From positions 191,952,001-192,016,000 of the forward strand of contig JANJGN010000004.1 in NCBI GenBank assembly GCA_026770705.1: DNA of 64,000 nucleotides, read 5' to 3'. Each line of letters starts with the position of its first letter. Within the stretch, counting starts at the first letter, position 1. Under the pieces are notes generated by a model. That model ran no database searches. It had not been told where the DNA came from and was given only the letters and a program-made list of their open reading frames with translations. Source of the stretch: Isurus oxyrinchus (taxonomy: Eukaryota). The position numbers and the translations under genes are program-made. Below, piece by piece: positions 47,348-59,719 of the stretch.

Positions 47348-50300
47348 CAGGAAGAAGGGGCGACTGGAGCTCCCACACACGCCGCCTAAGAGCCATAGTC
47401 AGCCATCACTGGTTGGCGCCTAGTGACACCCAGGGTCTATAGATGCCGCCTTTCATTCCTGCAGATGACCGAGAACCAGTGTCGCAAAAGACTGTGCATG
47501 TCTAGAGAACTGGTTGCTCAGATCTGCCAGTCACTGCAGGATTTGGTGCCAAGGGGACATGGAGGGCATCCACTTCATTGGTGCTCAATTTTTATGCCAG
47601 TGGCTCCTTTCAGGGCTCCACAGGTGACCTCTGTGGGATCTCTCAAGCCTCCACCCACAAATGCATCCATTAGGACATGGATGCCATCTCCATGGACCAC
47701 AACTTTGTGCATTTTGCCCAGGATCGTCAGGGTGCAAGAGCGATTGGATTTGCCCAGATCTCGAGCTTCCCACAGGTGCAGGGCGCAATTCACTGCACTC
47801 ATGTGGTGCCCAGATCTCTGTCGCAACACACGGTGGACTACATCAACCACAAGGAGTTCCATTTGCTGAACGTGCAGCCAGTGTGTGACCTCCAGAAACA
47901 CATCCTTCAGGTGTGCGCACGGTTTCCAGGGTTTGTGGATGACACCTACATTCTTAGTCAGTCACAGATCCCTGGAGTCTTCCAGGGTCCACAGAGGCTG
48001 CAGGGATGGCTCCTTGGGGAATAAGGGCTACCCGCAGAGGCCGTGGCTGATGATACCTGTGCGGCGGCCTCAGACTGCAGCAGAGTAACAATATAAAGAG
48101 GCTCATGCTGCGGCTCGCAACTTGGTGGAGCAGATCAGCAGGATACTGAAGATGTGGTTCCGGTCCCTGGACTAGCCTGGTGGAGCCCTGCAATACAATC
48201 CACAGATGGTGTCACACATCATCATCGTTTGCTGTGACTTTTACAACCTGGCGCTCCAATGGGGAGGCTGAGGAGGAGATGGAGAAGCTGCATGTCTCCT
48301 CTAATGAGGAGGACGCCAATGGGTAGGAGGTTGAGGAGGTCCTCGGAGGCAGCGATGATGGGGATGAGGCCCTCGCACTGGCTAGATGTGGCAGGCGTGC
48401 TTAGGAAGCCCTCATAGCTGCTAGGTTTGTGAAAGATGATGACGACATGCAGTGAGGTGACCCCATAGTTCCTCATATCACATTTGTGTCTGGCTTATGG
48501 CAGTGCCAATACCCTCTGTGATAATGCTCCTGTCATAAAGAGTTGGTGAAGGCCCTAATAGCCGCTCAATTAGACCATAAGACATAGGAGCAGAAATTAG
48601 GCCATTCAGCCCATCGAGTCTGCTCCGCCATTCAATCATGGCTGATAAGTTTCTCAACCCCATTCTCCCGCCTTCTCCCCGTAACCTTTGATCCCCTTAC
48701 CAATCAAGAACCTATCTGTCTCGGTCTTATATACACTCAATGACCTGGCCTCCACAGCCTTCTGTGGCATTGAATTCCATAGATTCACCACTCTCTGACT
48801 AAAGAAGTTTCTCCTCATCTCTGTTCTAAAAGGTCTTCCCTTTACTCTGAGGCTGTGCCCTTGGGTCCTAGTCTCTCCTACTAATGGAAACATCTTCCCC
48901 ACGTCCACTCTATCCAGGCCTCTCAGTATTCTGTAAGTTTCAATCAAATCCCCCCACATCCTTCTAAACTCCATTGAGTATAGACCCAGAGTCCTCAAAC
49001 ATTCCTCATATGTTAAGCTTTTCATTCCTGGGATTATTCTCGTGAACCTCCTCTGGACCCTCTCCAGGGCCAGAACATCCTTCCTGAGATACGGGGCCCA
49101 AAATTTCTCACAATATTCTAAGTGTGCTCTGACCAGAGCCTTATAAAGCCTCAGCAGCACATCCCTGCTTTTATATTCTAGTCCTCTCGAAATAAATGCC
49201 AACATTGCATTTGCCTTCCTAACTACCGACTCAACTTACAAGTTAACCTTAAGAGAATCCTGGACTAGGACTCCCAAGTCCCTTTGCACTCCAGACTTCT
49301 GAATTTTCTCCCCATTTAGAAAATAGTCTATGCCTCTATTCTTCCTACCAAAGTGCATGACCTCACACTTCCCCACATTGTATTCCATCTGCCACTTCTT
49401 TACCCATTCTCCTAACCTGTCCAAATCCTTCTGCAGCCTCCCCGCCTCCTCAATACTACCTGTCCCTCCACCAATCTTTGTATCATCTGCAAACTTAGCC
49501 AGGATGCCCTCAGTTCGATTGCAGGAGAATGATGATGATTATGCAGTGAGGACATGCCATAAATCTTCACATAGCCTCTGAGAATGTCTGACTCCTGTCT
49601 GGCTGAGGGCAGCTCGCTTGCACTCTGTGATCAAGGTCATATCATAGAGATGCAGCCATGAAACTTTAGAAGTATCTGATGCTTTGTCTGCCTTCAGCAC
49701 CTGGCCCTTTCAGGAGCTGGAGCACAGCATCAGTGCTGCGACATGACTGAGTCCAGAGGCTCATCATCTGACTCGGACTCAGCAGATTTCTGATCTGCAA
49801 CAGCCCTTCGAGTGCTGGGGGCCTGGGAAGTCCCTGCCACCAGCTGCAGTGCACCAGGCAGTGCGATGTGCTCACCAGATTGTGATCCCGGGGCTATCCT
49901 AAAGCTAGGTCCCACTGAGGTGTGTACCTCTTTGCTGGTGGAGGGTGTGGGTGAGTGCTGTGACGGGACTTCAGGGAGGGTGTCTTCAGATTCCTCTTCC
50001 GAGGTTCCTTCCAGGCTTAACTGGAGGCCCTGGGTCATGGACTCTGTCGGCTGTTTGGCGAAAGCAAGGGGAGATAATTAGTGCATGGCAGTGACCTGTG
50101 AAAGAGGACACATCACTCATGGTTGTCTGATGTATGTTGCACTGCTGGATCCTCACTTGGTAGAGCAGCACCAACCTCACTGTCAGCACAGGACCGTTCC
50201 AGATCCTCGCTGTCCAGCTGGATGGCTCTGTTTTCAAAGTCCGTGAGGACCATGATTTTGGGCATTCCGCTCCAGTCTGTGACCTCTCCCTCTTGTTGTG

Positions 50301-51035
50301 TGCCAGCTTGTCCTGCGTGGATAGAGATGGAGAGAGTATAAGCAGAATGCCTGCCAGGCCAGATGATAAGTATGCCTGGCCTGTGTGAATGTTGAATGGT
50401 CCCATAGATGGGATGAGGACAATGACAGTGAGTGTGAGAGAGTGAATGGCGATGTCCCTTGAACCGGCAGTGAGTCCAGGCCCTGTGGATGTGTGATGGG
50501 TTCGTGAGTGTGTGAGTTGAGTGATGGGATGAATGACTTACCCTGGTGGAACATGGAGGAGATCATTCACCCTCTTGCAGCACTGGGTGGCTCTCCTCTT
50601 TTGCAGGGCGTTGGCACTGACCAGCACTGCCACCACCTCCTAAGGCGGGTTGATGCGGTTGCTTCCCATCCTGCAACCAAGGGTAGAGGGCATCCCAGCG
50701 GGTCTCCATGGCATCCAAAGGTCACTTGAGAGGCGCGCCGCTGAACCTGGGGGCTGCAGTCTTCTTCAGTTTCAGGGCCAAGTCTCCAGTGCAGCAATGG
50801 TGAGCTGGAAGCGCTGAGATGTGTGCTTGCAGCTGGACTTTAAACATGGTGCCCGGCATGATGCAGCGGCAGGGTGATGGTGTGGCGGACGAACGAGAGC
50901 CCACCCGCCTTGGAAACGGCTTGTTTCCTGGGAGTGAATAAATAACGAAGTAGGCTTGGGATGATACAACGTGAAAACCTGTCATCGCAGCCGGCAGCTA
51001 AAACGTTGTTTGGCAAATTTGGGAAAATTCCACCC
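47348..51035 (+). mobile_element. Degenerate Harbinger (transposase on + at about 47350-48455; Myb on - at about 49730-50790; right TIR)
   Basis: FPQVQGAIHCTHV, NHKEFHLLNVQPVCD, RFPGFVDD, GWLLG; KKTAAPRFS on -; TIR GGAAAATTCCACCC at about 51022-51035. Confidence 0.85.
48571..49516 (-). mobile_element. Young CR1 3' portion nested in the Harbinger
   Basis: Open 183-aa ORF2 C-terminus; tail cctatgtcttatggtc. Confidence 0.92.
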
Positions 51036-51149
51036 CAGGAGTGGAAATTGGCCACAGCAGGCACGTTCGTGACTTGATTCAACAGGTTTGTGTTTAACCT
51101 GCTAATCCTTTCAAAACTTTCCCGAAATGGGAAAAAAGCGTTGTGTGAA

Positions 51150-51920
51150 GATACAAAACAAATGTGAGGTTGTATATTTTGGTAAGAAGAACAGGGAGAT
51201 CACTTATAAATTGGAAAATGCAAGTCTGGGTCGGGTAGAGGAACAAAGGAATATTGGATTACAGATACAACAATCACTAAAAGTTGCGTTATAGGTTAAC
51301 AAGGTCATTTAAAAAAAAGGAAACCAAGCACTAGGTTTTATTTCTAGACGGATAGAATTGAAAAGTGAGGAAGTTACACTAAACCTGTATTGAACCTTGG
51401 TTAGACCACATTTAGAGTATTATGTGCAGTTCTGGTTGCCATATTATAAAAATTATATAGAGGCATTGGAGTCGTTGCAGAGAAAATCTACAAGGCAGAT
51501 GCCTGAAATGTGTAGGCATATCTATATCTGGAAAGGACTGATAGGCTGGGTCTCTTTTCTCTCGAAAAAAGGAGTCTGAGGGGGACCTAATTGAGGTCTT
51601 TAAAACCCTGAAAGGTTTTGACAGGGAGGATGTTTTCTCTTGTGGGAAAAGAGCATAACTAGAGGCCGTCAATATAAGATAGTCACCAAGAAATCCTACA
51701 GGGAATTCAGGAGAAACCAGAGAGTGGTGAGAATGTGGAACTGGCTACCACAGGGAGCTGTTGAAGTGAATAGTCTAGATGTATTTAATTAGACAAGCGT
51801 ATGAGGGAGAAAGGAATCAAAGGTTACAATGATAGATTTTAGTGAGGAAGGACGGGAAGAAGCTTAAGTTGGGCTGAATGGCCTGTTTCTGTGCCTTATA
51901 CATGCTAGCATTCTATGTAA
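51150..51920 (+). mobile_element. Old CR1 3' portion
   Basis: VRPHLEYYVQFWLPYYK; gggctgaatggcctgtttctgtgc tail. Confidence 0.82.
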
Positions 51921-52429
51921 GAAAGGAAAGCGAAGGGAGAGAATCCAATTGTGTGATGCCAAAAAAGAATGAATTGAAGGCGGAGATAGTATAATGAGCT
52001 TTGACTTCAGTACAGAGGGACAGAGAGTTTTCCATCACCGTCCAGATGAAATAAGGAGACGAGCATGCAGGGGAATATTACTTTTAGTAGTGCCGAGTGG
52101 CTGAGAGAGGAAAGGTTTGGATGAAGAGACAGATTTGATGCTGGGTAGCAGGTAGTTTTCCGGTATCCTGTTCAGCAGTCTGAGATAGATGCTGGAGGAG
52201 CCACCCAGGTGCTTGAGGAATGGATGGACCTCAGCTGTATAGGATCATGGGATGCTGAGGGGTAAAAATGATTGGAATCAAGCACAGAACTCAGATCCTT
52301 GGAGTCAGGTTTTCATTGGCACACAAAAACTGACTACAAACCAAAGGGGAGTCTCAGAAACGAAATTAGATTAAAACAGTTACGCTAAACTCTGACTCGA
52401 AACAAAACTACTTCTAGCCTTTCTTTCAC

Positions 52430-53238
52430 TCTGACCCCTCTGTCTTGACCTCCTGCAGTGTTCCAATGAAGCTCAACATAATCTCGAGAGACAACACCTC
52501 ATCTTTCTATGAGGCCCTTTAAACCCGTCCAGACTCAACATTGAATTCAGCCATTTCAGACTGTAAACACTGACCCCCATCTTGTTCCCTCCTTCTTTCT
52601 TAGATTTGGGTTTTTTTTCCGGACCACAGCTATTCTGCCATTCACATCTCTAGACAGATCTTTTGTTTCTTCACTTGGCCTCCTTACCATCTCCTTTTGG
52701 CCTTGCACCATGAACCCTTGAGTCGTTTAATCTCTCCTGCTTTCCACCCTATTACAGATATTTCATTCAGTACTTTCCACCCCTCCATCCCATTCTCATC
52801 TTAAAGTCTGGAGGTGGTGGCCTAGTGGTATCGTCACTGACTAGTTTTCCAGTTAAACCCAGGGTAATGCTTTGGGAATCCTGGTTTCAAATCCCAACAC
52901 AGGGCAAGTAGTGAAATTTGAATCCAATAAAAATTTGAAATGGAAGGTCTGATGATGACCATTGCAATTATTGTAAAAACCCATCTGGTTCACTAATGTC
53001 CTTTAGGGAGGGAAATCTGCTGTCCTACATATGACTGCAGCAATGTGGTTGACTCTTAAATGCCCTCTGAACAAGGGCAGTTAGGGATGGGCAATAAATA
53101 CTGGCTGAGCCAGTGATGGCCACATCCATGAATTAATTAAAAGAAACGCTATTTCTGAAGAAAGGTTGTTCACCTGAAATGGTAACTTGGTTTCTCTCCA
53201 CAGATGGTATTTGCAGCATTTCTGTCTTTATCACAATT
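52430..53238 (+). mobile_element. Penelope-like 3' fragment interrupted by a SINE
   Basis: LLQCSNEAQHNLERQHLIF (GIY-YIG C-terminus, as at 12231). Hammerhead-like CTGAAGA-aagg..acct-GAAA at about 53155-53180. Confidence 0.72.
52810..53143 (+). mobile_element. tRNA-headed SINE with family-B LINE tail
   Basis: Box A TGGCCTAGTGG, box B GGTTTCAAATCC, tail caagggcagttagggatgggcaataaat. Confidence 0.85.
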
Positions 53239-53239
53239 T

Positions 53240-53720
53240 TTTTTTAATTCATCCACAGGACGTGGGCTCCGCTGGCTGGGCCAGCATTTATTGCCCATTC
53301 CTAGTTGCCCCTTGAGAAGGTGGCGGTGAGATGCCTTCTTGAGCCGCTGCAGTTCATGTGATGTGGGTACACACACAGTGCTGTTAGGGAGGGAGTTCCA
53401 AGATTTTGACCCAGTCAAGGAATGGCGATATATTTCCAAGTCAGGATGGTGCGAGGCTTGGAGGGGAACTTCCAGTTCCAGACTCTGCTTTGAAAATAAT
53501 GCTGTGCTCCATAGAACATGAGAAATAGGAACAGGAGACAGCAATTTAGCCCTTCGAGCCTGCTCCAACATTCAACAAGATCATGGCTGATCTTCTACCT
53601 TAACTCCACCTTCCCACATCATCCCCATAATCCCACACAAAAACCTGTTGACCTTTGCCCTAAAGACATTCAGCAAATGAGCATCCACAGCTCGCTAGTA
53701 TAGCGAATTCCAAAGATTCA
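53240..53720 (-). mobile_element. Family-B tail (53240-53475) and CR1 tail (53510-53720)
   Basis: Reverse complements of the two LINE 3' ends seen elsewhere in the window. Confidence 0.8.
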
Positions 53721-54129
53721 TAGAATCATAGGAAACTTACAGCACAGAAGGAGGCCATTTAGCCCATTGTGCCCATACTGGTTCCAGTATACTTATTCCA
53801 ACCTCTGCACATGGTCTGTGACGCTGCTTGACCATTCCATGAGAGCTCCCTAGAGGTCACTGAACTTTTGGATAAAAGGATAGAATATCCATGAATTTCA
53901 GAAGGCATTGGTTAAAGTTTCACATTCAAGACTTTCAAACCGTATGAATGACCATGCTGCAACTGACAAATCAAACTGTTGGCTGCAGGCAATATTGTAG
54001 AATGTGATGGCAAACAGAAAAGATTCTGTGAGGGCCCTGAGATCTGTTCTTCAGGTAACCCTGGGCCTTCCTGACACAATAGAGAGTGTTCAGAAAACTC
54101 TCAGGCACCAAACCCTCTCTTCAAATGAA

Positions 54130-57100
54130 CTAAAAGGGGGAGGTCAAACAGACAGAGATCATGGTACATATTGGTACATATTGGTACCAATGACAAAGGT
54201 AGTAAGAGGGATGAGGTCCTGAAAGCAGAGTTTAAGGAGCAACAAAACAGATTAAAAAACAGGACCTCAAAGGTAGTAATCTCTGGATTACTTCTGGTGC
54301 CATGTGCTAGTGAGTATAGGAATAGAGGGTTAGTCCAGATGAATGCGTGGCTGGAGAGATGATGCAGGATGAAGGGCTTTAGATTTCTGGGACATTGGGA
54401 CCGTTTCTGGGGGTGGTGGGACCAGTACAGGGTGGGCAGGTTGCACCTGAAACGGAATGGGACCAACATCCTTGCGGGGAGGTTTGCTAATGCTGTTGGG
54501 GTGGGTTTAAACTAATTTGGCAGGGCGATGGGATCCTGAGAGAAGGTTCAGCAGGGGGAGATGCACAGCCAAAATTAGAAGAGAGAGCAAGTGAGTCTGG
54601 AAGGCATAGAAATTATAGGCCAGTTAAGGCACAAGGGAGTTTGGCAAGGTTGGGTGGTATTTATTTTAATGTAAGGAGCCTGACGAATAAGGCAGATGAG
54701 TTGAGGGCATAAATTAACACATGGAAGTATGATGTCCTTGCTGTCACAGAGACATGGTTGAGAGAAGGATTTTGGCAGCTCAATATTCCAGGATATCATC
54801 TTCAGACGAGACAGGGAGGGAGGTAAAAAGGGAGTGGGTATCGCAATATTGATCAAGGAATCAATTACAGCAGTAAGTTGGGATGACATCTTAGAAGGCT
54901 CCTCAAATGAAGCCATATGGGTAGAACTGAGAAACAAAAAAGGAGCAATCACATTGCTGCGAGTGTACTATAGGCCCCCAAACAGTCAGAGAGAAATAGA
55001 AGAGCAGATATGTAGGCAAATTTCAGAGAAGTGTAAAAATAATAGGGTAGTAATAGGGGAATTTCAACTCTCCCAACATTAACAGAGTTAGTCATAGTGT
55101 GATAGGTTTCGAGGGAGGAGAATTCTTAAAATACATCCAGAAAGCTTTTTAAGCCAATATGTAGAAGGTCCTACAAGAGAGGGGGTGGTCCTGGACTTAA
55201 TTTTAGGGAATGAAGCTGGGCAAGTGGTAGAGGTATCAGTGGGGGAACATTTTGCAGATAGTGATCATAACTCCATTAGATTCAAAGTTGTTATGGAAAA
55301 GGACAAGGATGGGCCAGAAATCAGAGTTCTAAATTGGGGGAAGGCCGATCAGATCAGATATGATTTGGCCAGGGTGGACTGGGAGCAGATCCTTTTAGGT
55401 AAATCTGCGTCAGTGCAGTGGGACTCATTCGAGAAGGAAATAGGGAGAGTACAGGGCCAACATATCCCAGTAAACATAAAGGGTGGGACCAACAAGTCCA
55501 GGGAACCCTGGATGTCGGGGGACATACAGGATTGGATAAAGAGAAAAAGGAAGGCTTATGGCAGATACCGAGGGCTCAAAACAGCAGAAGCCCTGGAGGA
55601 GTACATAATGTGTAGGGGGAACTTAAAAAAGGAAATTAGGAGAGCAAAAAGGGGCATGAAAAATGTTGACAGGTAAAATAAAGGAAAACCCAAAGTTATT
55701 TTACAAGTACATTAAGAGTAAGAGGATAACTAGGGAAAGGGTTGGGCCCGTTAAAGACCATAGTGGTAATTTGTGTGTGGAGCCGGAAGACGTAGGTAGA
55801 GTTCTAAATGAACACTTTGTGTCAGTGTTCACAAGTGAGAGGGATGACGTGGGTATGGAAATCAGGCAGAAGGACTGTAATATAATTAAAGAAATTAGCA
55901 TAGAAAGGGAGGAGGTTCTAAGTGGTCTGGCAGCCTTAAAAGTAGATAAATTTCACGGCCCGGATAAAATGTATCCCAGGCTGTTGAGTGAGGCGGGGAG
56001 GAGATAGCAGGGGCGCTGGCAATAATTTTCAAAACCTCTCTGGCCAAAGCAGAGGTGCCAGAGGACTGGAGGACAGCCAATGTGGTGCCGTTATTCAAGA
56101 AGGGAGGAAGGGATAAACCAGGGAACTACAGGCCAGTTAGTCTAACCTCAGTGGTGGGGAAACTATTGGAAGCAATTCTGAGGGACAGAATTAATCTACA
56201 CTTGGAGCGGCAGGGATTAATCAAGAACAGTCAGCATGGTTTTGTTAAGGGAAGGTCATGTCTGACCAATTTGATTGAATTTTTCGAAGCAGTCACCAGA
56301 GGTGTAGATGAGGGCAATGCATTTGATGTAGTCTACTTGGACTTCAGCAAGGCTTTTAATAAGGTCCTGCATGGGAGACTGATAACGAAGGTAAGAGCCC
56401 ATGGGATCCAAGGCAATTTGGCAAATTGGATCCAGAATTGGCTGAGTGGCAGGGAGCAGAGGGTGATGGTCGAGGGGTATTTTTGTGACTGGAAGCCTGT
56501 GTCCAGCGGGGTTCCACAGGGATCGGTGTTGGGTTCCTTGCTGTTTGGTATATATAAACGATTCAGATTTGAATGTAGGAGGGTTGATCAGTAAGTTCGT
56601 AGATGACACGAAAATTGGTGGGATGGTAAAGAGTGAGGAGGATAGCGTTAGATTACAGGAGGATAAAGACGGACTGGTCAGATGGGCTGATCAGTGGCAA
56701 ATGGAATTTAATCTGGGCAAGTGTGAGGTGATGCACTTGGGCAGGACAAACAAGGCACGGGAATACACGATGAATGGTAGGACCCTGGGAAGTACCGAGG
56801 ATCAGAGGGACTTTGGTGTGCATGTCCACCGGTCCTTTAAGGTAGCGGGACAGGTAGATAAGGTGGTTAAAAAAGCATATGGGATAGTTCTCTTTATTAG
56901 CCAAGGCATAGAATATAAGAACAGGAAGGTTATGCTGGAACTGTATAAAACGCTGGTTAGGCCACAGCTAGAGTATTACGTGCAGTTCTGGAATCTGCAT
57001 TATAGGAAGGATGTGATTGCACTACAGAGAGCGCAGAGGAGATTTACCAGGATGTTGCCTGGGCTGGAGAGTTTTAGTTATGAGGAGAGATTGGCTAGAC

Positions 57101-57520
57101 TGGAGTTATTTTCCCTGGAGCAGAGGAGATTGAGGGGGGACATGATTGAGGTGTATAAAATTATGAGGGGCATAGATAGGGTAGACAGGAAGGAACTTTT
57201 CCCCTTGGTGGAGGGATCAATAACCAGGGGGCATAGATTTAAGGTAAGGGACAGGAGGTTTAGAGGGGATGTGAGGAAGAATTTTTTCACCCAGAGGGTG
57301 GTGGGAATCTGAAACTCACTGCCTGAAAGGCTGGTAGAGGCAGAAACCCTCATAACATTTAGGAAGTATTTGGGTGTGCACTTGCGATGCCATGGTATAC
57401 AAGGCTATGGGCCTAGTGCTGGAAAATGGGGTTAGAGTAGTTAGGTACTTATCTGACTGGCGCAGATTCAATGGGCCGAAGGGCCTTTTTCTGTGCAGTG
57501 GACGTCTCTGACTCTATAAA
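54130..57520 (+). mobile_element. CR1 LINE: ORF1 esterase end plus essentially complete but frameshifted ORF2 (APE endonuclease and RT)
   Basis: VHIGTND; AVTETWL; VYYRPPNS; DSDHNSI; YLDFSKAFNKV; KFVDDTKIGG; FFTQRVVGI. Confidence 0.93.
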
Positions 57521-57776
57521 ATAAAAACACTCGCAATCTAACCTCGGGAAGATGTTTACAAATCACCTGAAGCACTCTGTGATACTCCAGCCTCTAACTC
57601 ATTCCACAGTGTCTCATGTCCGCTTATAAACCTTCCCAATCTGACCGAACCATGTTACATCTGTTCTAACAATATAACAGACTCAGTATATTGTCTCGTA
57701 TTTTGATTTGGAAACGTGAATATCTTTCCTGCTCTATTTTAATATTCTCTCTCTCTCACTCTCGATCCCCCTACAG

Positions 57777-58169
57777 AGACTTCGGTTCGTGATTGGACAA
57801 TGATGGTCGCGGATGATGTGCGGGTTCGGGAAGGGGGATCCGCTATCCTGCCCTGTCGTTTCACCCACCCACACACTCACCGCAGGGTCAACGGCTTCGT
57901 GATGTGGTACAAACTTCCCGCAGACCTTCATGATCCTGTTTTTAAATGTACATATCCTGGTACAGACCGTTCACAGGGTGAACTGTGTGAGAATGTGAGA
58001 CAGCGGGACAAGGGGAATCGATTCAGATTCGTGGGGAACCTCAGCAGCAACGATCTCTCAATAATGATGGAGCGGCCGAGCCGGGAGGATACCGGTCAAT
58101 ATCGGTGTCGTGTGGAGCTCAATGTGGGCAAATTTGAAGCACCAAGAGGAACGAATCTGACAGTGGAAG
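57777..58169 (+). CDS. SIGLEC15-like: Ig V-set domain exon 1, Siglec-15-like, sialic-acid-binding Arg conserved
   Basis: Polypyrimidine tract plus ctacag| acceptor and AAG|GTGAGG donor; 393 nt, phase 1-1, no stops. WTMMV, LPCRFTHPHTH, VFKC..GELC, RFRFVGNLSSNDLSIMMER and YRCRVEL parallel human Siglec-15 as recalled from memory (WSMQV, LPCTFTHPHRH, VFRC..SELC, RFRLLGNPRRNDLSLRVER, YFCRVEF). Confidence 0.92.
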
Positions 58170-58659
58170 GTGAGGATCAATGTTCAGGGGTTGTAGCTGC
58201 CCTGAGAGTTCAATGGGTAAAGGCTCCGCCTGCTCTGGGAGCTCTCGGGTTTGCTCCTTGTCCTGGGCTCTTTCAGTTGACCTGAGGGAGGAGGCAGTGT
58301 GAAGGAAAGAGAGTAGAGGCTGGGATATGGACTATTCCATCACCTGTCTCTGAAACCTCCCGCAGTCTTTCACACACTCACACAGTCACTCATTTGACCT
58401 GTTCAAACTGGCTTCATGTTGTGGGCTGGGGAACAGAAAAACATCACTGAGAATCCAAGCTCCAAGATCTCCAAATGGGATCCCTCCTCTATAGGCATAG
58501 GCCGAGAACCAGATAGTACCTCCTGAGCTCTCATTGGCTGAGCACATTGCCGAGGTTGAGGAGACCTTCCAGCCCCATTGGCTAAGGACACGAGGAGTTC
58601 CACCTCCCCAGCTTCCATTGGCTGAGAACATCACTTGGCTCCTGATGGAGGCAGCCACC

Positions 58660-58850
58660 TCCAGAAGATTGAGAGGTGATCGAATGGGACATACAAGATT
58701 CTGAGGGGGATTAACAGAGTAGGTGCTGAGAAGATAATACCCCTTGTGGACGGATATAGAACTGGAGGCGGGTTAAAAATAAGGAGCCTCCCATTTAAGA
58801 TGGAGATGAAGAGGAAATTCTTCTCTCAGAGGCTTATTAATCTTTGGAGG
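58660..58850 (+). mobile_element. CR1 3' fragment
   Basis: agaagattgagaggtgat..acatacaagattctgagggg; gaggaaattcttctctcagagg. Confidence 0.75.
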
Positions 58851-58911
58851 TGATGCAGCCAAAAGGTCATAAGTGGCAAAGGAAAAAATAATCTGAAATA
58901 TGCCTTTATAT

Positions 58912-59710
58912 GGGAGGTGGTGCCATAGTGGTAATATCACAGGGTTAGTAATCCAGAGGCCCAGGCTAATATTCTGGGGACACAGGTTCAAATCCCGTCA
59001 CAGCAGTTGGTGGAATTTAAAGTCAATTAATAAATCCAGAATTAAAATCTAATCCAATGGTGACCATGAGACCATTGCCAATTGTCATAAAAACCCTCCT
59101 GGTTCACTAATGCCCTTTAGGGAAGGACATCTTCAGCCGACATGTGACTCCACACCCACAGCAATGCGGTTGGCTCTGAAATGGCCTAGCAAGCCACTCA
59201 GTTGTTTTAAACCTGCTGCAAAGTCTAAAAGGAATGAAACCAGATATGACATTGACCTAGGCACCAGAATCGACAATGGCAAACCTGACCCTGCAAAGTC
59301 CTCCTTACTAACATCTGGGGGCTCGTGCCAAAATTGGGACAGCTATCTCACAGACTAGTCAAGCAACAGCCTGATATAGTCATATTCATGGAATCATACC
59401 TTACAGATCATGTCCCAGACACAACCTTCACCCATCCCTGGGTATGTCCTAATCTAGTGACATTTCAGACCCACCAGAGGTGGCGGCAAAGTGGTGTACA
59501 GTTGGGAGAAGGTTACCCTGGTACAAGAAACAGCTGAAGGCAATGGATAGTGCAAAAGCTATGGACCTGACAATATTCCGGCAAATGGACTAAAGACAAG
59601 AACTCCTGAACTTGCCGTGACTCTAGTCAATCTGTTTCAGTACAGCTACAATACTGGCATCTACTCATCAATGTGGAAAATTGCCCAGCTATGTCCTGTC
59701 CACAAAGGAA
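58912..59710 (+). mobile_element. 5' end of a family-B LINE: tRNA-like head running into the APE endonuclease, then an RT fragment
   Basis: Box A and box B (GGTTCAAATCC) head similar to the SINEs, then NIWGLVPKLGQLSHRLVKQQPDIVIFMESYL; family-B RT from about 59525. Confidence 0.8.
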
Positions 59711-59719
59711 GATGGCTGT

